Below are positions 25,052 to 39,811 of a DNA stretch of 64,000 nucleotides, in pieces. A model generated the notes under the pieces. It saw only the letters and a list, made by a program, of their open reading frames with translations. It had not been told where the DNA came from and searched no databases. The translations under genes and the position numbers were made by a program. The stretch comes from the human T2T-CHM13v2.0 reference genome, Homo sapiens, in NCBI RefSeq assembly GCF_009914755.1, contig NC_060946.1. The stretch is one strand, 5' to 3'. Position 1 is the stretch's first letter. Every line of letters starts with the position of its first letter.

Positions 25052-26939
25052 CTAAAACAACAAAACACAGTATTATTGGAGGTGTGGTCACCTGGTAATG
25101 CTGACAGAGAATCCTCTTTGTAGGACACATGTCCCCTTTGAAAAATTACTGAGGGTAGGGACGAAACAGTCAACACTAGTTTCCATGCAAAGAAAACAGT
25201 GAGGAACAAGGTTATGCAAATGGTATCATGACAGCGAATTCTAAGAAAAGAAACTACTAGTTTATCCAGACTCTAAGGTCAACGTCCACCCCCCAGTACC
25301 CTGAGGGACCACAGCCTGACAGCCACAACCTGCTGTCCCCACGGCACTGAGGTGGAGGAGCGCCACCTACTGTGTGGCCAGCCTGGCTTACAGCAGCTCT
25401 GAGTTCCCGGACAGTCGCTGGCACCTAGCTGAGGAAGCCTACCCCCTCCAAAGTAACACTGGGAAGAGGAGAGGAGAAAAGGCTCCATTCTATAGGGTGG
25501 CACGTTCAACCCAAAGCACCCAGGCCTCGCCCTTGCACTTCCAAGGCACTGTATAACTTGCCAAGAGAAGAAGCCCTGCAGGGCTCCGCTGACAACCCTG
25601 GGGCCCCAGACCAGACAGTCCCCGAACAGAGCTTGGCACCTTGTACTATGAATTCTCAACCCTGAGAAACTGAATAGGCAAACACATGTGCTGGGATGCT
25701 TTTTACAGTTCATTGAAACGTCTTCTAAAACCCGAACAGCCTCTTTAAAAATCCTATTATTAATCACATCAGAAGAGCTCTGATATCGGCCATTCAAAAG
25801 AATCTATGAACTATTTATATCCAAGAAAGTCTGTTCCCTTACCGAGGGCAACTGAAGTTTGTACTAAGTCATTTAGTAATTTGTGAACATAAGCTAAAAA
25901 CCAAGTATCATGAAAATCCTGTTTCATTTAGGTTTTTCGCCATGAAAATGTATTCTGCGATAACACATAAAACCACCTTCTGGTGCCATCTCTTGGCTCA
26001 GAAATGAGCTTTTACTCAGATCTGTCTCCTATGTGTATATCCAACCATCCAATATGTAACAGGCAACTTCAATATTCCATGCTCTAAAATAAAAACAGTG
26101 AATAAAGATACACTCTCTGCTTTCAAAGAGAAGACGCTCCAGTGGAGAAAAATGCAAATGTTTCCAACTGCCTGCTGGTCCTCACATCCACCCTGGCATC
26201 CCAATGGCACGTCAAATTCACAATGTCCAAATGACTCAAACCTCTCAACCCTCTCAGCCCTCCCTCTGCCTTGCCTACGCTGATGTAGCACCATCTACAA
26301 ACACCTACCTCTTGCCCCACAAGGTGATCAATTGCCCCTGCCCATCGACTTCACCTCCTTACCATTCTCTCTCACATAACCAACAATGGCAATGACCATC
26401 CACCACAGGCCCGGCACTCATGATCACAATGTGAGGTAGACACTGCTGCCCCCACTTCACAGACAAGGAAATCGAAGTTCAGAGCTATTCAATCACCTCT
26501 TCGAGGCCGCACAATTCACCAGCAGCAAAGCTTGGCCTGGGACCCAGTTGCACCTGGCCCAAAGTCTGAGGTCTCCTCCACTGCCTCCTCCCTTCTTCAT
26601 CCCCAGCATCAGGCCCAGATCTGGGCCTCCACCACCTTCAGCCTGACTATGGCGAGGTCTTTCTACCTGGTCTCCCTGCCTCTGGTACTTCCCTCCTCCA
26701 ACCCCTCTCACGTGTGGCTGACCAGGTGTACTCATGTCATTCTCTTTCAAAAAAGTATTCAGGGCCTTCAATACATACAAAATCTGGAGTGGTCCTCACC
26801 TGTCACTGAATCCTGGCTATGTTGCAGGACCCAGCCAAAGACTTTTTCCACAAAGTCTTCTCCCGAAACCTTAGCTCTCACACTCTCTCCCTCTCTCCCC
26901 TCTGCCCCGCGTCTGTACCTGGTTTCTCTCTGTGCTCTC

Positions 26940-27113
26940 GTAACACCTCAGGCCAAGGTAATTCCGTGTGGTGGAGGCCTGTCTCGTGCACTGCGGGATG
27001 TTCAGCAGCATCCCTGGCTCCTGCCCACCCCCAATCATGACCATCAAAAATGTCCCCAGACAACTACCAAGTATCCCCTGGAGGGCAAAATCACCCTGGG
27101 TTGAGAGCCACTG
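26940..27113. mobile_element. MER20-like hAT DNA transposon relic
   Basis: gtgcactgcgggatgttcagcagcatccctggc...ggcaaaatcaccctgggttgagagccactg resembles MER20. Confidence 0.55.
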
Positions 27114-27226
27114 TCTCAGACAGTACTTCGGCCACTGCCTCGGACCGCACCTTGTGGCTCAGGGAATGAGTATAGACTTCTCTGAAGGGGCTGCCTGCAT
27201 TTTAAAAAGCCACCACCAGAACTCAC

Positions 27227-27323
27227 CATTGCGAGTCAATTTGGGGGTGGTTCGGGAATTCACCAGGCTCTCCATTTCCAGGTGAATATCTTTTGTTTCG
27301 CCAGTATCATATAAATGGCGCAC
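27227..27323 (-). CDS. MICAL3: MICAL3 exon 11 (VRHLYDTGE...KLTRN)
   Basis: Acceptor ctgccag, donor GTGAGT, 97 nt. Confidence 0.95.
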
Positions 27324-27548
27324 CTGGCAGAAATTTACAAAGTCAAACAGAAAGAAAATCAAATATCAAGTAACAAATTCCTACCTAAGAGCAGAATGGC
27401 TGAAAGGAAAGTCTGGGATAGAAGGCTGGGTAAAGTTCAGACAGAAGTTAGGATGATGACCTTTAAATCTTTTATGAAATAAGGTGGGGTTTGAGAAAAA
27501 CAAACACATTTTAACTGTGGGACTTTGTGCTAGAAATCAGCTACACAG

Positions 27549-27850
27549 GGCCGGGTGCGGTGGCTCACACCTATAATCCCTATAGTTGGGGAGGCCGAGG
27601 CCAGCAGATGGCTTAAGGCTAGGAGTTTGAGACCAGTCTGGGAAACACAGGGAGGCCTCGTCTCTACAAAAAATTTAAAAATTAGCTGTAGTCCCAGCTA
27701 CTTGGGAGGCTGAAGTGGGAGGATCCCTTGAGACCAGGAAGTCAAAGCTTCAGTGAGCTGAGATAGTGCCACCACACCCCAGAGAGCCTGGGCAACAAAG
27801 CAAGACTCTGTCTCAAAAAAAAAAAAAAAGAAAAAAGAAAAGAGAGAAAA
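27549..27850 (+). mobile_element. Alu (AluJ-like)
   Basis: ggccgggtgcggtggctcac...polyA. Confidence 0.88.
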
Positions 27851-27975
27851 AATTAGTTACTCGGTCATGGAGGTCCCTCTAAGAGTCTCGGTTGGACTAC
27901 TAATAATGCTGCCTCTTAACAGAAGGCCTAAAGGTATAAACTTCAAGTAGAAGGTGAACAGAAAATTACACTAGG

Positions 27976-28322
<347 letters not shown>

Positions 28323-28702
28323 TCAGGTAAAGAAATTGAGGTTCAGACAATGTAAGTCACACGTGACCGGCAGCAACAACACAGGTGGAAGTTACCTCTC
28401 CTCACTAAGGGGCAAGTGCTCTTCCGTAAAGTAAGAATTTGAATTAGAAGACGTGGCATAAAGGCCTGGATTCCTATCATGTTTGATTTTCTCTAAGTCA
28501 TTTAACAACTCTATGCCTTAGCTCTCAATCTGTTGATGGAAAATGCTATCTACTTCTACCAATTCAGAGAGACATCTACCTGGATGACTAAAAAAGTATC
28601 CTTGTATGTGTGGTATTAATAGGTGCACGCATCTCAACAGATCAGAATTCTCATTGGTCCTGCAGATGGGCCCAGATGTAAATACTGACAAGAAGGTCTT
28701 AC

Positions 28703-28829
28703 CTGGCTTGGCCGGAGGAAGTTGACGTTGATATTGGGATACCGAGTGACAGGGTCGATACTGTACTGGCTGAAGTTCTTACTCACATTCTCAGGGGTGG
28801 TCTGAGGCAGCAACCTGTAAATACTTTCC
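28703..28829 (-). CDS. MICAL3: MICAL3 exon 10 ([15 protein letters not shown]...LRPSQ)
   Basis: Acceptor attgcag, donor GTAAGA, 127 nt. Confidence 0.96.
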
Positions 28830-29664
28830 CTGCAATAACACAACAATATACTCAGAATCGGGACCAGCACCATGAACATCTCCCTCTCGTTTCATGATTG
28901 TTCTGACAGCGCAGCAAGTCACCTGACATGCCTGACAAATCCTCATCCTTGACCAGTCTTCTTGAGTCCTACGTCAGCCCCTGCTCCCCACACCCACCTG
29001 CAGTGATCCCACAGGAACCGACCGGGTAAGAGCCGAGGAGAGAGAGCAGGCACAAAACCGTGAGCGCCCACAGATGCTGCCTCCAACTCAAAAGGTCACA
29101 CATTTACTCTTTTATTTTTTCAAGCATCCCAATATTTACTTCAATTTTAAAGAAAATCAACACAAAAAAGAATTATCACTATATTTAGTCAGAATACCTT
29201 AAATAAGAGACAAAATAAGATGATATCAACTCCCAATTTCATCTGGGAAATCTTGTCTCTCTAATTCTTCTGGTTAAGGCATTAGTTCTTTATCAGAAAG
29301 CAAATCACAGGATTTTTATTGCATTTGCAAAAATCTGCTTCAAAATATCCCATTTAGGGGTTTGAGAAACACTTATAAGCAGTTTGGTGTTTTCCTATGA
29401 ATTCAAAGCTACTTTTAATTTCTTCTCTGTCAGTAAGAAATTTATCTTGGAAAGGAGTAAGAGAAGACTTAGTCTAGGAGACTCATCTTTAGGTTTCTAT
29501 GATTTTATGAAATCCTATCTTGCCTTTCCTCTTTTCCACATGAAAACATCTTTAATTAAGAAGGCAGAGAAAGAAGAAGGAAGAACTTGCACTCTGCCTG
29601 AAGAGTAAACCACTCCTTCTTCCCAGTTTTCTCATGAAAGGAACCCCGGGTTACTTCCCATTAC

Positions 29665-29780
29665 CTCTCTGCCAGCACTTCCAAAGGGCTCGTTCCTAGA
29701 GACCAACTTCGGACCATCCAGGCAGAGTCCATAGCAGCTAGAAAGCCCCGGGCTATTCCTGTTCCCATTGGCCAGAAAGG
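29665..29780 (-). CDS. MICAL3: MICAL3 exon 9 ([18 protein letters not shown]...VLAE)
   Basis: Acceptor tctacag, donor GTAATG, 116 nt. Confidence 0.96.
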
Positions 29781-30142
29781 CTGTAGATAAGACATAAAAC
29801 AAATAATTAAAATATAACACACCTTTCAAAATGGGAAAAATAAACTAAGGAACAAAGAGTTTGCTGTCGACAGTAGTGTTTGGCAACTGTTTCAATAACA
29901 AATTGCTCTCCTTCCCAGATTGGCAAGGAGTAAGTCAAAAAGGGGCAGAATTTCCACTCATACTTAATAGGCCTGGGCTCCCAGTGGCCTGTAGCCCTCC
30001 TCTACTTCCTGGTGTGACTCCTGCAGGGAGTTTACCTGTGCTGTACAACACTGCAGACGCTCATTCCAAGACCCAGGATGCCCAGATTCACTCCTAATTA
30101 TTCCTGCCCCTACCACAGAGTGCTGCCATGCTTAGCACTCAC

Positions 30143-30400
30143 CTCTAGGAGGCTGTCCCCGACCAGAGCCACTAGTAACTGGTGTCCGTTCTGCTCCCGC
30201 ACCAAGGCGGCGTTCTCGGAGGCATACATACAAGTGAAGTCAAACATGGCCACATCGGGCTGCCCATAGTGATTGATGGCAAAATCCAGAGACGGCAGCT
30301 GCTGCTGGGTAGAGAAGTCTGCCGCCTCCCTGGCATAGCTGAGCAGAGCCTCCTGGTCCACGTTTTCTCGGGAAAGCAGGAGCTCTGTGTCGGCGTAGTC
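30143..30400 (-). CDS. MICAL3: MICAL3 exon 8 (DYADTELLL...LVGDSLLE), GD motif
   Basis: Acceptor gagacag, donor GTGAGT, 258 nt. Confidence 0.96.
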
Positions 30401-30531
30401 CTGTCTCCAGAGAAAGAGGAGGGTAGGGATGGAGAAGCTCTGGCACTCAGCCAGAACCATGTTACACAACCCAGGGCCACAGCTTCTTCTTCCCCCTAAA
30501 GTGACTCCACGTTCCAAAACCAAAACTTTTA

Positions 30532-30984
<453 letters not shown>

Positions 30985-32866
30985 TCAGGGTTGTTCTGAG
31001 TATCACATACCTGACAGTACTTTGTGAACTGAAAGGGCATTTCATTATCTTCTGGGTAGTAAATGGCTTTTGTCAAATGGGACCACGTGAAACACTCAGC
31101 CTTGCATAACTCATGACACCCAAAGGAAGAACTCAAAAAAGCTTGAGTGCCAAAAAGACATGGAGGTGGGAGCAATGGTAGTCCAGGAGGCTGGGAAGGA
31201 ATATGTTGAAAATGGAGCAGAGGTTTTCAAAATAGTAAGTAAGACTTGAAAGCCTCCACAGAAACCCACAAAGAAGAACAAAGGACTGAAAAACTCCTTT
31301 TCTGTTTTGGAGGTTCCTGGCACACTGAGCCAAGTCTTTATTCTCTGAAAGTGGGGCCTACGGTTTCTAAGTGGCCATGATGGTCCTTTCAGCCACCACT
31401 ACAAGATGTTAAAGCCAAAACACAAACACTCAGGTTGGTCCTAGAAAGACTGTTTGCTCAATACTAAGTAGCCACATGGGTTTACTATTTAACAGCATAC
31501 ACCAAAGGCATGGCCCCTGCCCTCTTAAAAAAAAAAAAACATGAAGGCAAAGTAAACCAGGTCTCTTGGCATTCTAGACTGCTCCTATCAAATTGTGACT
31601 GACAACCACAGTTCTGCCTGCGTGGCAGATTTAAATCTTCACCTTGTCCCAAGGCGTACGAACTGCTTCACTGGCTATTTCTTACTGACAGCAATGTAAC
31701 CCTGATGTAGTCCCAGATAATTAGCAAGGCAATTTTAGAAAGCATCTAACCAGATACGTCTTGCTTATGCTTTTGGGAAAGTGGGCTGTATAAACAGCTT
31801 TGTCCTGGTTCTCCCTGAAAGCACACAGGGTGGCTGTGCTGAGAAACACACGCAAGGTTCCTGGGTAGAAAGAGGGGGCTCTCTGCCACCGGCACATGCT
31901 CGTCAGCTCACTCCCCGCTCTGCTGTCATATAAGGTAGTACTGTAGCTCAGACTAAAGTGACTGCATTCACATCACCCTGCAAAGACAAAGGACTCCCTG
32001 AAATTCAGCTGTGAGTCTCTTGTGGGAACTGCACAGGCCTGAATCAGCACAACTGGTGTCTCTGCTTCTGTTTTTCTCATCGCATGGGGACAGTGATTCT
32101 CACGTTGAGACCAGTGAGACCAGGAAAGACTTAAAAAACTCTCCTTCAGGGACCATCCACGCGGTGGTCTTCTGACTTCATATTTCAGGCCATCATCTCA
32201 GGGCACACCATGCAGTCACCTAGAAACAGGCTGAGCTGGACCTGGCTATGATGGAGCTCAGACCTGTTCTGTGGTCATAAAGAGGCCTAAGTGTAGCCTG
32301 ATCCTGTCAGTGCTGCCTGGACCTCTGAAAACTGTATCGGCAGTGACACCAGAATCCTCATCAGGCTCCCATAAACACCAATTATTGCTTCTTGGTCAAA
32401 CTCCTTTCCCTCTGTTGCTCCCCCTCCCAAAAGATAACTCTTCAACCAACCAATCATCAGTCAGATATGGAAATCACAATAACCACAAACCAAATCACCT
32501 AAAATTAAACTGAGTATTTATGCATGAAATGCTGTCTGAAACCTGCTTTGCAAGAATCCAGTGGTGAAGAAGGAGTGCACAGAAATATTACTGACAGAAC
32601 ACTGGCCACGTGTTGAGAACTGTGAAAGCTGGACGGTAGGTACGTGAGGGTTCATTACACTATTCTCCCCCCGTTTTTATTTACATTTGAAATTAGCCAT
32701 AGTTAAGAGTTGTTCACGCTAAACTGGAAAACATCAGGGGTTACCAGAAGATGCATTCAGTGCTCATTTTCATTCCCTTGCAGGAAAAACCCATCAGACA
32801 ATTCTTTCTCTTGGTGATATTAACCACTTCAATAAGAAAGAGTTTTGAAGGAAATCCGTGGCTCAC

Positions 32867-32967
32867 ATGTAGTATCACTCCTTTGTCCAGCAAACTCTGC
32901 TTTTTGGCTGTCATAACGAAATAGTGTGTGTCATCTTTGTAGTAAACGATGTTCTCCAAGTCAATAC
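32867..32967 (-). CDS. MICAL3: MICAL3 exon 7 ([23 protein letters not shown]...ILH)
   Basis: Acceptor ggccccag, donor GTGAGC, 101 nt. Confidence 0.96.
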
Positions 32968-33745
32968 CTGGGGCCAGAAGACAAACGTGTGCATGTAAGT
33001 TTGCTGAGATGAAGGTGCATCAGGGCAGGCTGAAAGGTTACACACAGGCCTACAGAGACAAGGGCCTGAGGCTCCAGGCAGGGAAAGGTGTCTAAGCCCA
33101 GATTCTCACGTCCTGTATCATCAGTTCATGGAAATACAGGGAGTTTTGTTTCTCTGTATTCACTCAACACCCCAAACAATCCTAAAAACTATGACTGACA
33201 GTAAACAGAACTGTTTTTACGGGAATAAAAACGAAACAAGCAAAAAAAAAAGAGGCTAACCTCTAAAGAGGGCTTGGATTAGTTATCGGGTTAAGCCTCT
33301 TGGGACAGTCATCAAGGAAGCTGGAGGAATCTCCTAGATTCTTAAGAACAGGATAGACAACTTGACGCCTGGAAGCAGAGAGTGAACTACTGACTTTTTA
33401 ATTAATCTAAAAAATAGATGTAATGAAAAGAAATCAAGTTCTAGAAAACAAGAGAATGAAGGCACATTTAGCAAAATATCTAAGTTGATCTATTCAAAAC
33501 CTATCATACAACAATCTCATCGCTATCTGACACACGGTTTGCCTTCAAGCCTGAGCTGGAACTCAGGAAGAAGACTACATACTTAAAAGGCCTAAAGTCA
33601 GCTTCCCAAGCAAACCAGGGAGCCACCGGCCAGCAGCTACACCAAGCAGCATGCCTCAGCATCACAGCACAGGGCAGGCATTGGGAAGAACTAGTGGAGG
33701 CAGAACGAATGCTTTACAACAAATAAACGAACAAACAAAACCTCA

Positions 33746-34035
33746 GGCTGGGTGTGGTGGCTCACGCTTGTAATCCTAGCACTTTGGGAGGCTGAGGCAG
33801 GTGGAGCCCAGGAGTTTGGGAGCAGCCCGGGCAACATGGCGAAACTCCGTCTCTACAAGTAATACGAAAAATTAGCCAGGCATGGTGGAGCTTGCCTGTA
33901 GTCCCAGCTACTCAGGAGGCTGAGATGGGAGGATCACTTGAGCCCAGGAGTTCGAGGCTGCAGTGAGCCGAGATCACGCCACTGAACTCCAGCCTGGGCA
34001 ACAGAGCGAGACCTTGTCTCAAACAAAAAACAAAA
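33746..34035 (+). mobile_element. Alu (AluJ-like)
   Basis: Alu dimer. Confidence 0.88.
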
Positions 34036-34260
34036 CCCAGAGCCGCCCAGTCACTGTGAGGAGGTTAAGAATACAAGAGGAGGAGACAAGTTCTGCAGGA
34101 AGCAATGCGCTAGGAAGAAGGAACAGGAGTGAAAAGAGCAGGAGGGGCAGACAGTGCAGGAGGGACACCGACGGCCACTCACCCCACCAATCCCCCAAGA
34201 AAAAGCCACCAGGGACTATTTAAGTTTCTATCCTAGGGCTCCGGAGACATCAACACCAAC

Positions 34261-34416
34261 CTGTGGCTTCCCTCAGTTCCTGGAAAAATTTTTGGTTGAA
34301 TATAAAAGCCACACCACTGATCTCTTCCACTTTAGCTTCTGCTGTTGTATTTCGGTTGATAAAATTTGCCGTGATGGCGATGGCCAGTTTGCCACGGAAT
34401 TCTTTCCGACGAAACC
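34261..34416 (-). CDS. MICAL3: MICAL3 exon 6 ([19 protein letters not shown]...ELREAT)
   Basis: Acceptor ccctccag, donor GTTGGT, 156 nt; not in the ORF track, translated by hand. Confidence 0.95.
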
Positions 34417-34809
34417 CTGGAGGGAAATAAATTTTCAGAGGTGATAATCATTGGCTAGAGAAGGAAGATCACTTCAGATAAAGTGGGGGTGCTGATAAAG
34501 ACAACAGGGAAAGTCAGGGATGAGAACTGATGGGAAAGTTAGGGCAGCTCTTCTGCAGATGAAAATAAGGCATTTACCTACCCAAGAATATGAAAATTCA
34601 GGGAAGAAGTCAAAGTCTCCATTAACAAACAATTTGAAATCTGACTGGCCAGAATATTACTCAGTACTAGGGATTCCTCTTTAAAAAAGGGATGCGTGGG
34701 GGGAGCACCTGCTTATTAATATGTAGATTAAGTCCTACAGGTGCCAGCCACTCAAGGTATGGTTGGTCTCCTAGTGCCTCAGCAAGAGTGCCCTGTAAGC
34801 AGCAGCCTG

Positions 34810-35115
34810 GGCCAGGTGAGGTGGTTCACGCCTGTAATCCCAACACCTTGGGAAAGGCGAGCAGAGTGCTTGAGCCAAGGAGTTTGAGACCAGCCCATGC
34901 AACATGGCGAAAACCCAATCTCTACAAAAAATACAAAAATTAGCTGGGTATGGTGGCACGCGCCTGTAGTCCCAGCTACTCAGGAGGCTGAGATGGGAGA
35001 CTCGCTTGAGACCAGGGAGATCGAGGCTGCAGTGAGCGTGATCATGATACTGCACTCCAGCCTGGGCAAAAGAACGAGACCCTGTCTCAAAAATAAAATA
35101 ATTAAATAAAATAAA
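34810..35115 (+). mobile_element. Alu (AluJ-like)
   Basis: Alu dimer with TAAAA tail. Confidence 0.87.
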
Positions 35116-35296
35116 AGCAGCAGCCTGACTGCCAGCTGGCTAGAGGATGGTGGGGCCTGCCATTCCATCAGGGCAGGAAGCACACATTCAGGCTCTCAAA
35201 AGGGTGGACGCTGGTCACGCACAGTCTCGCCCCAGAGGTAGGATAGCATCAGCTTTCCCTCTGCTATGAGCCAGGCAGAGGAGCACAGACCAATAC

Positions 35297-35398
35297 CTTC
35301 CAAGGTGTTCCTCCGACCATCCCCACCGATGATCACTTCAAATTCATACTCTGACACAGGATGAGTCTTGGGGTGCACCAGTGCCCGCCAGCCTATCC
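35297..35398 (-). CDS. MICAL3: MICAL3 exon 5 ([11 protein letters not shown]...[10 protein letters not shown]), DG motif
   Basis: Acceptor ttcacag, donor GTATTG, 102 nt. Confidence 0.96.
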
Positions 35399-35535
35399 CT
35401 GTGAACCAAAACCAAATAAATGGGGGTCACCACCCAGACCACATTCACAGCCAGGACCATCTCTAGATACCCAGTCATGTGAACTGCACAAAACCCTGGG
35501 CCAAAAACACTATGTGTAGAAGCAGTGGAGACAGA

Positions 35536-35816
35536 GGCTGTGCACGGTGGCTCGTGCCTCTAATCCCAGCACTATGCGAGGCAGAGGCTGGCAGACTACT
35601 TGAGGCCAGGAGTTCGAGACCACCCTGGCCAGCATGGTGAAACCCTGTCTCTACTAAAATACAAAAATTAGCCAGGCATGGTGACACATGCCTGTAATCC
35701 CAGCTACTCTGGAGACCTACGCAGGAGAATTGCTCAGAGGTCACAGTGAGCCAAGATTGAGCTACCGCACTCCAGGCTAGGCGACAGAGTGAGACTCTCA
35801 TCTAACAAAGAAAAAG
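35536..35816 (+). mobile_element. Alu with a right-arm deletion
   Basis: Alu consensus segments. Confidence 0.85.
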
Positions 35817-36049
35817 CAGTGGGGACAAACCACAGAAGGAAAGAAGCCTTGCAGAGGGCTCACGGGGCCCTTCCCACCACATGTGCGCCTGCGACATCTA
35901 AGGCTGCATCCAGGCCAAGTCCCCAAAGGCACAGGCTTTGGCTAGCTCTGGAAGCAGCCCTCAGGAGCCTTTGGTTTGCTCCCTCAATCTCATCTTCCTC
36001 ACCCATCAACACCCTCTCACGCCTTCTTCACTCCTCCAGTATAACTTAC

Positions 36050-36166
36050 GTTCATTCTCTTGGTCCTCAGGAGGCTGTATAAGTCCTTGGAATTCCACAT
36101 TGACGTGGATTTCAATGCCTAGGATCAAGGCTACTTTCAAAAGTATTAGTTGGAGCTGACGGATAC
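36050..36166 (-). CDS. MICAL3: MICAL3 exon 4 ([11 protein letters not shown]...EDQENE)
   Basis: Acceptor ctcccag, donor GTAAGT, 117 nt, phase 1-1. Confidence 0.96.
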
Positions 36167-38050
36167 CTGGGAGAATACAGAGATGACGTTGATGGGAACA
36201 CATGGAGAAGGGGGTACCCATCCGTGTCGCAGCTCAGGCTCCCACCCCGCCACCTACGCCCCCTTCATTCAGATTCCCAAAGCCTGCTGTAGCAGGAGAC
36301 CTTCCAAAGCCACGCTCTGTAACTTCTTCCTTTCTTAAAGGCAAATATAACCCAGTGGAAGAGCTGTTCTAGAGCAACACACAGGACACTCCCACGTCTC
36401 GGGTTCAGTGTTTTAAACAATCAAAAGCTCGGAGACAACATGGGACTGTGGCCTACAGGAGGTTCCTTTCCATCTTCCCAATTTGGGGCTGCCATATTGG
36501 CAGCATCTCCAATCCTGCTAGGAGGCAGATGTGCACCCACAGGGTGCAGCCCACGGTCAGATGCAGAGCTGCTGCATGACCTCCCCGCCCACAGGCGTCT
36601 TTCAGCCCATTCCCTGGTTGATCATCACACATTCTTATAAGGCAAGGAAGGGAAATCGCAATCCAACTAGATCCTCCTACCATTCCCCCTCCCATTCCTG
36701 GTCTATAGCTGTGGAAACTGAGGCCAGAATGACTGACAATCTTGCTTATTTTCATAGTGAGACTGATTGATTTATTCGACGTCCATGAGCACCTGCAGGC
36801 ACCAGGCATGGCAGCGACTTAAGGTGCAGAGATAAAGATCTAGGCCCTGGTAGAAGACCCTCTCAACCCTAAGATGAATCTTGCCACAATTAAGGCAGAC
36901 AAATCCACTGCGTTAATGACCCTTGGTTCTCTCTTAAGACCAAACTTAACTGGAGCCTGTGACTAATGTGCCAGGAGCAATGCAAATCCTCCTCACGTCA
37001 TCTTGGTTGTTCTCCCCAGTTTACCACAGCCACCACCCTTCTGAGTCCCATTCCCAAATACTTGTTAAGCTCTGCGCTAGCACAGTATTTTCGCAGAGAA
37101 CTGTGGGTCCCAAGATGCTTTACAAACTATAGCCAGCAGATGGGCAGAGGGCTTCCTCTGCCAGTGGAATGTGGTCACTGCCAGCCAGCGTCTGATAAAT
37201 TGGCACAGCTGCTGCAAACAGCAAAAGGTTCCATGACTGACTGTGTTTACAGGACACATCTGGAGAAGCTCAGAACAAAGGCTCCTTGATAAAGCTTTCC
37301 TGAAAGCATTAATGATAATCAATAAAAAGCTTTCAGTTTCATAACGCACACTGTCTGTTCTGAATTGCTTTGCTGGCCACTTACAGTCAAACACCGCTGA
37401 TTGCATTAACTTGTATTCATACCCTGTAGGATCTCAGAAAAGCAAAGGCCCGGGCTGAGCTTAGAGGTGACAAAAGAACAGCAAGAGCTTGCAGACCGCA
37501 CAAGAACCACCTGACCAGAGGAATGCCATTATCCCCTTGCCATTAACGGCCAGGCCAGGGCTCTGCGCCTCCTGCAAGTGTGGCTCCCCCCAGGACTGTG
37601 TCCCCACAGCACTTTGTTCTTACATTAGTAGAGAATGTATCAGCTCACAGCACAGACAGCTGCATGCTTGTGTACTTCTGCCACTGCAAGAAGGACCACC
37701 AGAGGGTCTGGGCCCAAACTGGTCATCGTTTCCCCAGTGCCTGCCCCAGTGCCCATCCCACAAACTGCAAGAGCTCAGGAAGAGTCCACGACCTAACAGA
37801 AATCCTCAAGCCAAACCCCACATTTCACAGGTTATCGATACACTCACATTTAAGAGTCCTAAATTATAGAACCACCACATAGCAGGTGTTTTTACTTCAA
37901 GATGAGTGCACTTACTATAAGAAAGACAGTAATGAGATTAGAAGAAATTGGGTGGCATATGAATTCCTCAGCTAATCTGCCTGTCTCTTTCTACTGAACA
38001 AGCGTGCAAGGGGTAGGGTGGAATCTTACAGGAAAGCTAGTTTTACTTAC

Positions 38051-38258
38051 TGATATGGTCGATGGCTCCAGCACAGAACTTGCCATAGAACTTCTTGGCA
38101 CCCAGACCTCGTAGATCATGTATGGTGAATGGCCAGAGATGCAAGACGTTGTTGCGGGAGAAGGCATCTCGTTTCTCAATAACAACCACCTTGGCCCCCA
38201 GTAAGGATAAGTCGATGGCTGTACGGAGACCACAGGGGCCAGCCCCAATGATGAGACA
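38051..38258 (-). CDS. MICAL3: MICAL3 exon 3, FAD-binding GxGxxG motif ([10 protein letters not shown]...AIDHI)
   Basis: Acceptor gtttttcag, donor GTAAGT, 208 nt. Confidence 0.97.
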
Positions 38259-39811
38259 CTGAAAAACACAGCTGCTTTCAGGGCAGGCGGCACTTCCAAC
38301 AAACAATTCTCAAGAAGTCTCATGATTGTAAGATCATCACTCCCTAAAGCCCCGAAATAGGGCTATTCTCCCCACTGCCAAGAAACCTTCACACCTACGT
38401 GGGTCACAGCAGAGCACCTGCCATGGCTTAAGAGAAGAGCTAGTGATCACCACCATGAATGGAGAAGACAGAACCATCAGTGCTAGACACAAGCTCGGCA
38501 CCTGTTCACCTTGGACAGCCTGGAAGGCCCTTGATCTGCAGCATATTTAAGTGGCCATCATCTCAACAAACGATATGACAATCAAATACAATCTTACATC
38601 AACAGGAGAGGACCATTTCGAAGGTTTCTAGGTCAGGCAGATTTCTGTCCAAAGAGATACAGAGTACTACATACACACTCCAGGCAATCTCAAGCCTCCT
38701 GGAATGAGTCTACCACACACATGATTCCCGGGAAGCAATTTTCAAGAGCCAAAGTTTTGTGTGCTAATAAGAGTTCCAAAATCCCCATTTCTAGACTGAA
38801 CGTCCAGGAACATGATCTCGAAAATCCACACTCCAGAGAAGTACTGAGCAGGAGACTGGACACATATCTTAAGTAGTTTGCTCTGTGTGTGCGGAAGGAA
38901 AACGTGCAATGCTTTTGGCTTTGTTTTTGTTTTGTTCTTAGTGGAGTCCAGTACTCACTCATGAAAGTCATGCCTTTACAGTTCTTGAATTTTGCTGATG
39001 AATATCTACCCAAATGCAAATCCACTGGGGGTGGGGCTCTAGGTATCCCCTATTGCACAAATTAAAGCTCGTGAAAGAACATAACGTAGCCATGAAGTCA
39101 TCTGCAAATTTGTGTCCCTGCTAGCTTGTTCCAAACTTCTCACACTAGGTGTTCTTCTAAGGAGGGAAGCAGGAAATGTACCTCTCCATATCCGCTTCCT
39201 CGCACCTACCCCGACAAAGGCAAGTGCATAACTCAGGTCTTTGCTTGGGCCTACCTGCTTCGTGGAAACCCCATTTCTCCACATGGTGAAGAAAGCAACA
39301 GAAATACTTTGGTTCACAAAGTCCTTGCTTATGAATCAAAACAGACTTTTGGAACATGGATGGGAAGAGGTTGGAAGCTTGTGGCAAATGCCAAGTTCGC
39401 AAACAGTATACCTTACCAGCTACTGAGTATGGAACTTTGGAAAGAGGACATGCCAAGAACCCCAAAGCCGTGTTCAGACAGGATACCAGCAGGGCTTGGC
39501 TATGTCCCTGCTAAGTGACCTGCATCCTCCGAACCACGTGAGGTTCAAAAGAGAGCTTCAGCAAAATAAAAGGTTCCCATGCCACTTGACTTTGGTTGTT
39601 CTTAAATACTTGAAACTTTGAACGCTCAATATGTAAATACATGAAACATGCTTAAAACAGGGTCTGGGTCATGCAAGTCAAACAAAAAGAGGTTAGACAT
39701 CCACAAAATTTCAACAGGGTTGAAGCCTGATTTCTTATGCTAGGTTGTGGCTAGACTTTGCCTGGTTCTCACTCAGCCTACCTCTAACTCAATCCTCCTC
39801 TTTGGCACCTG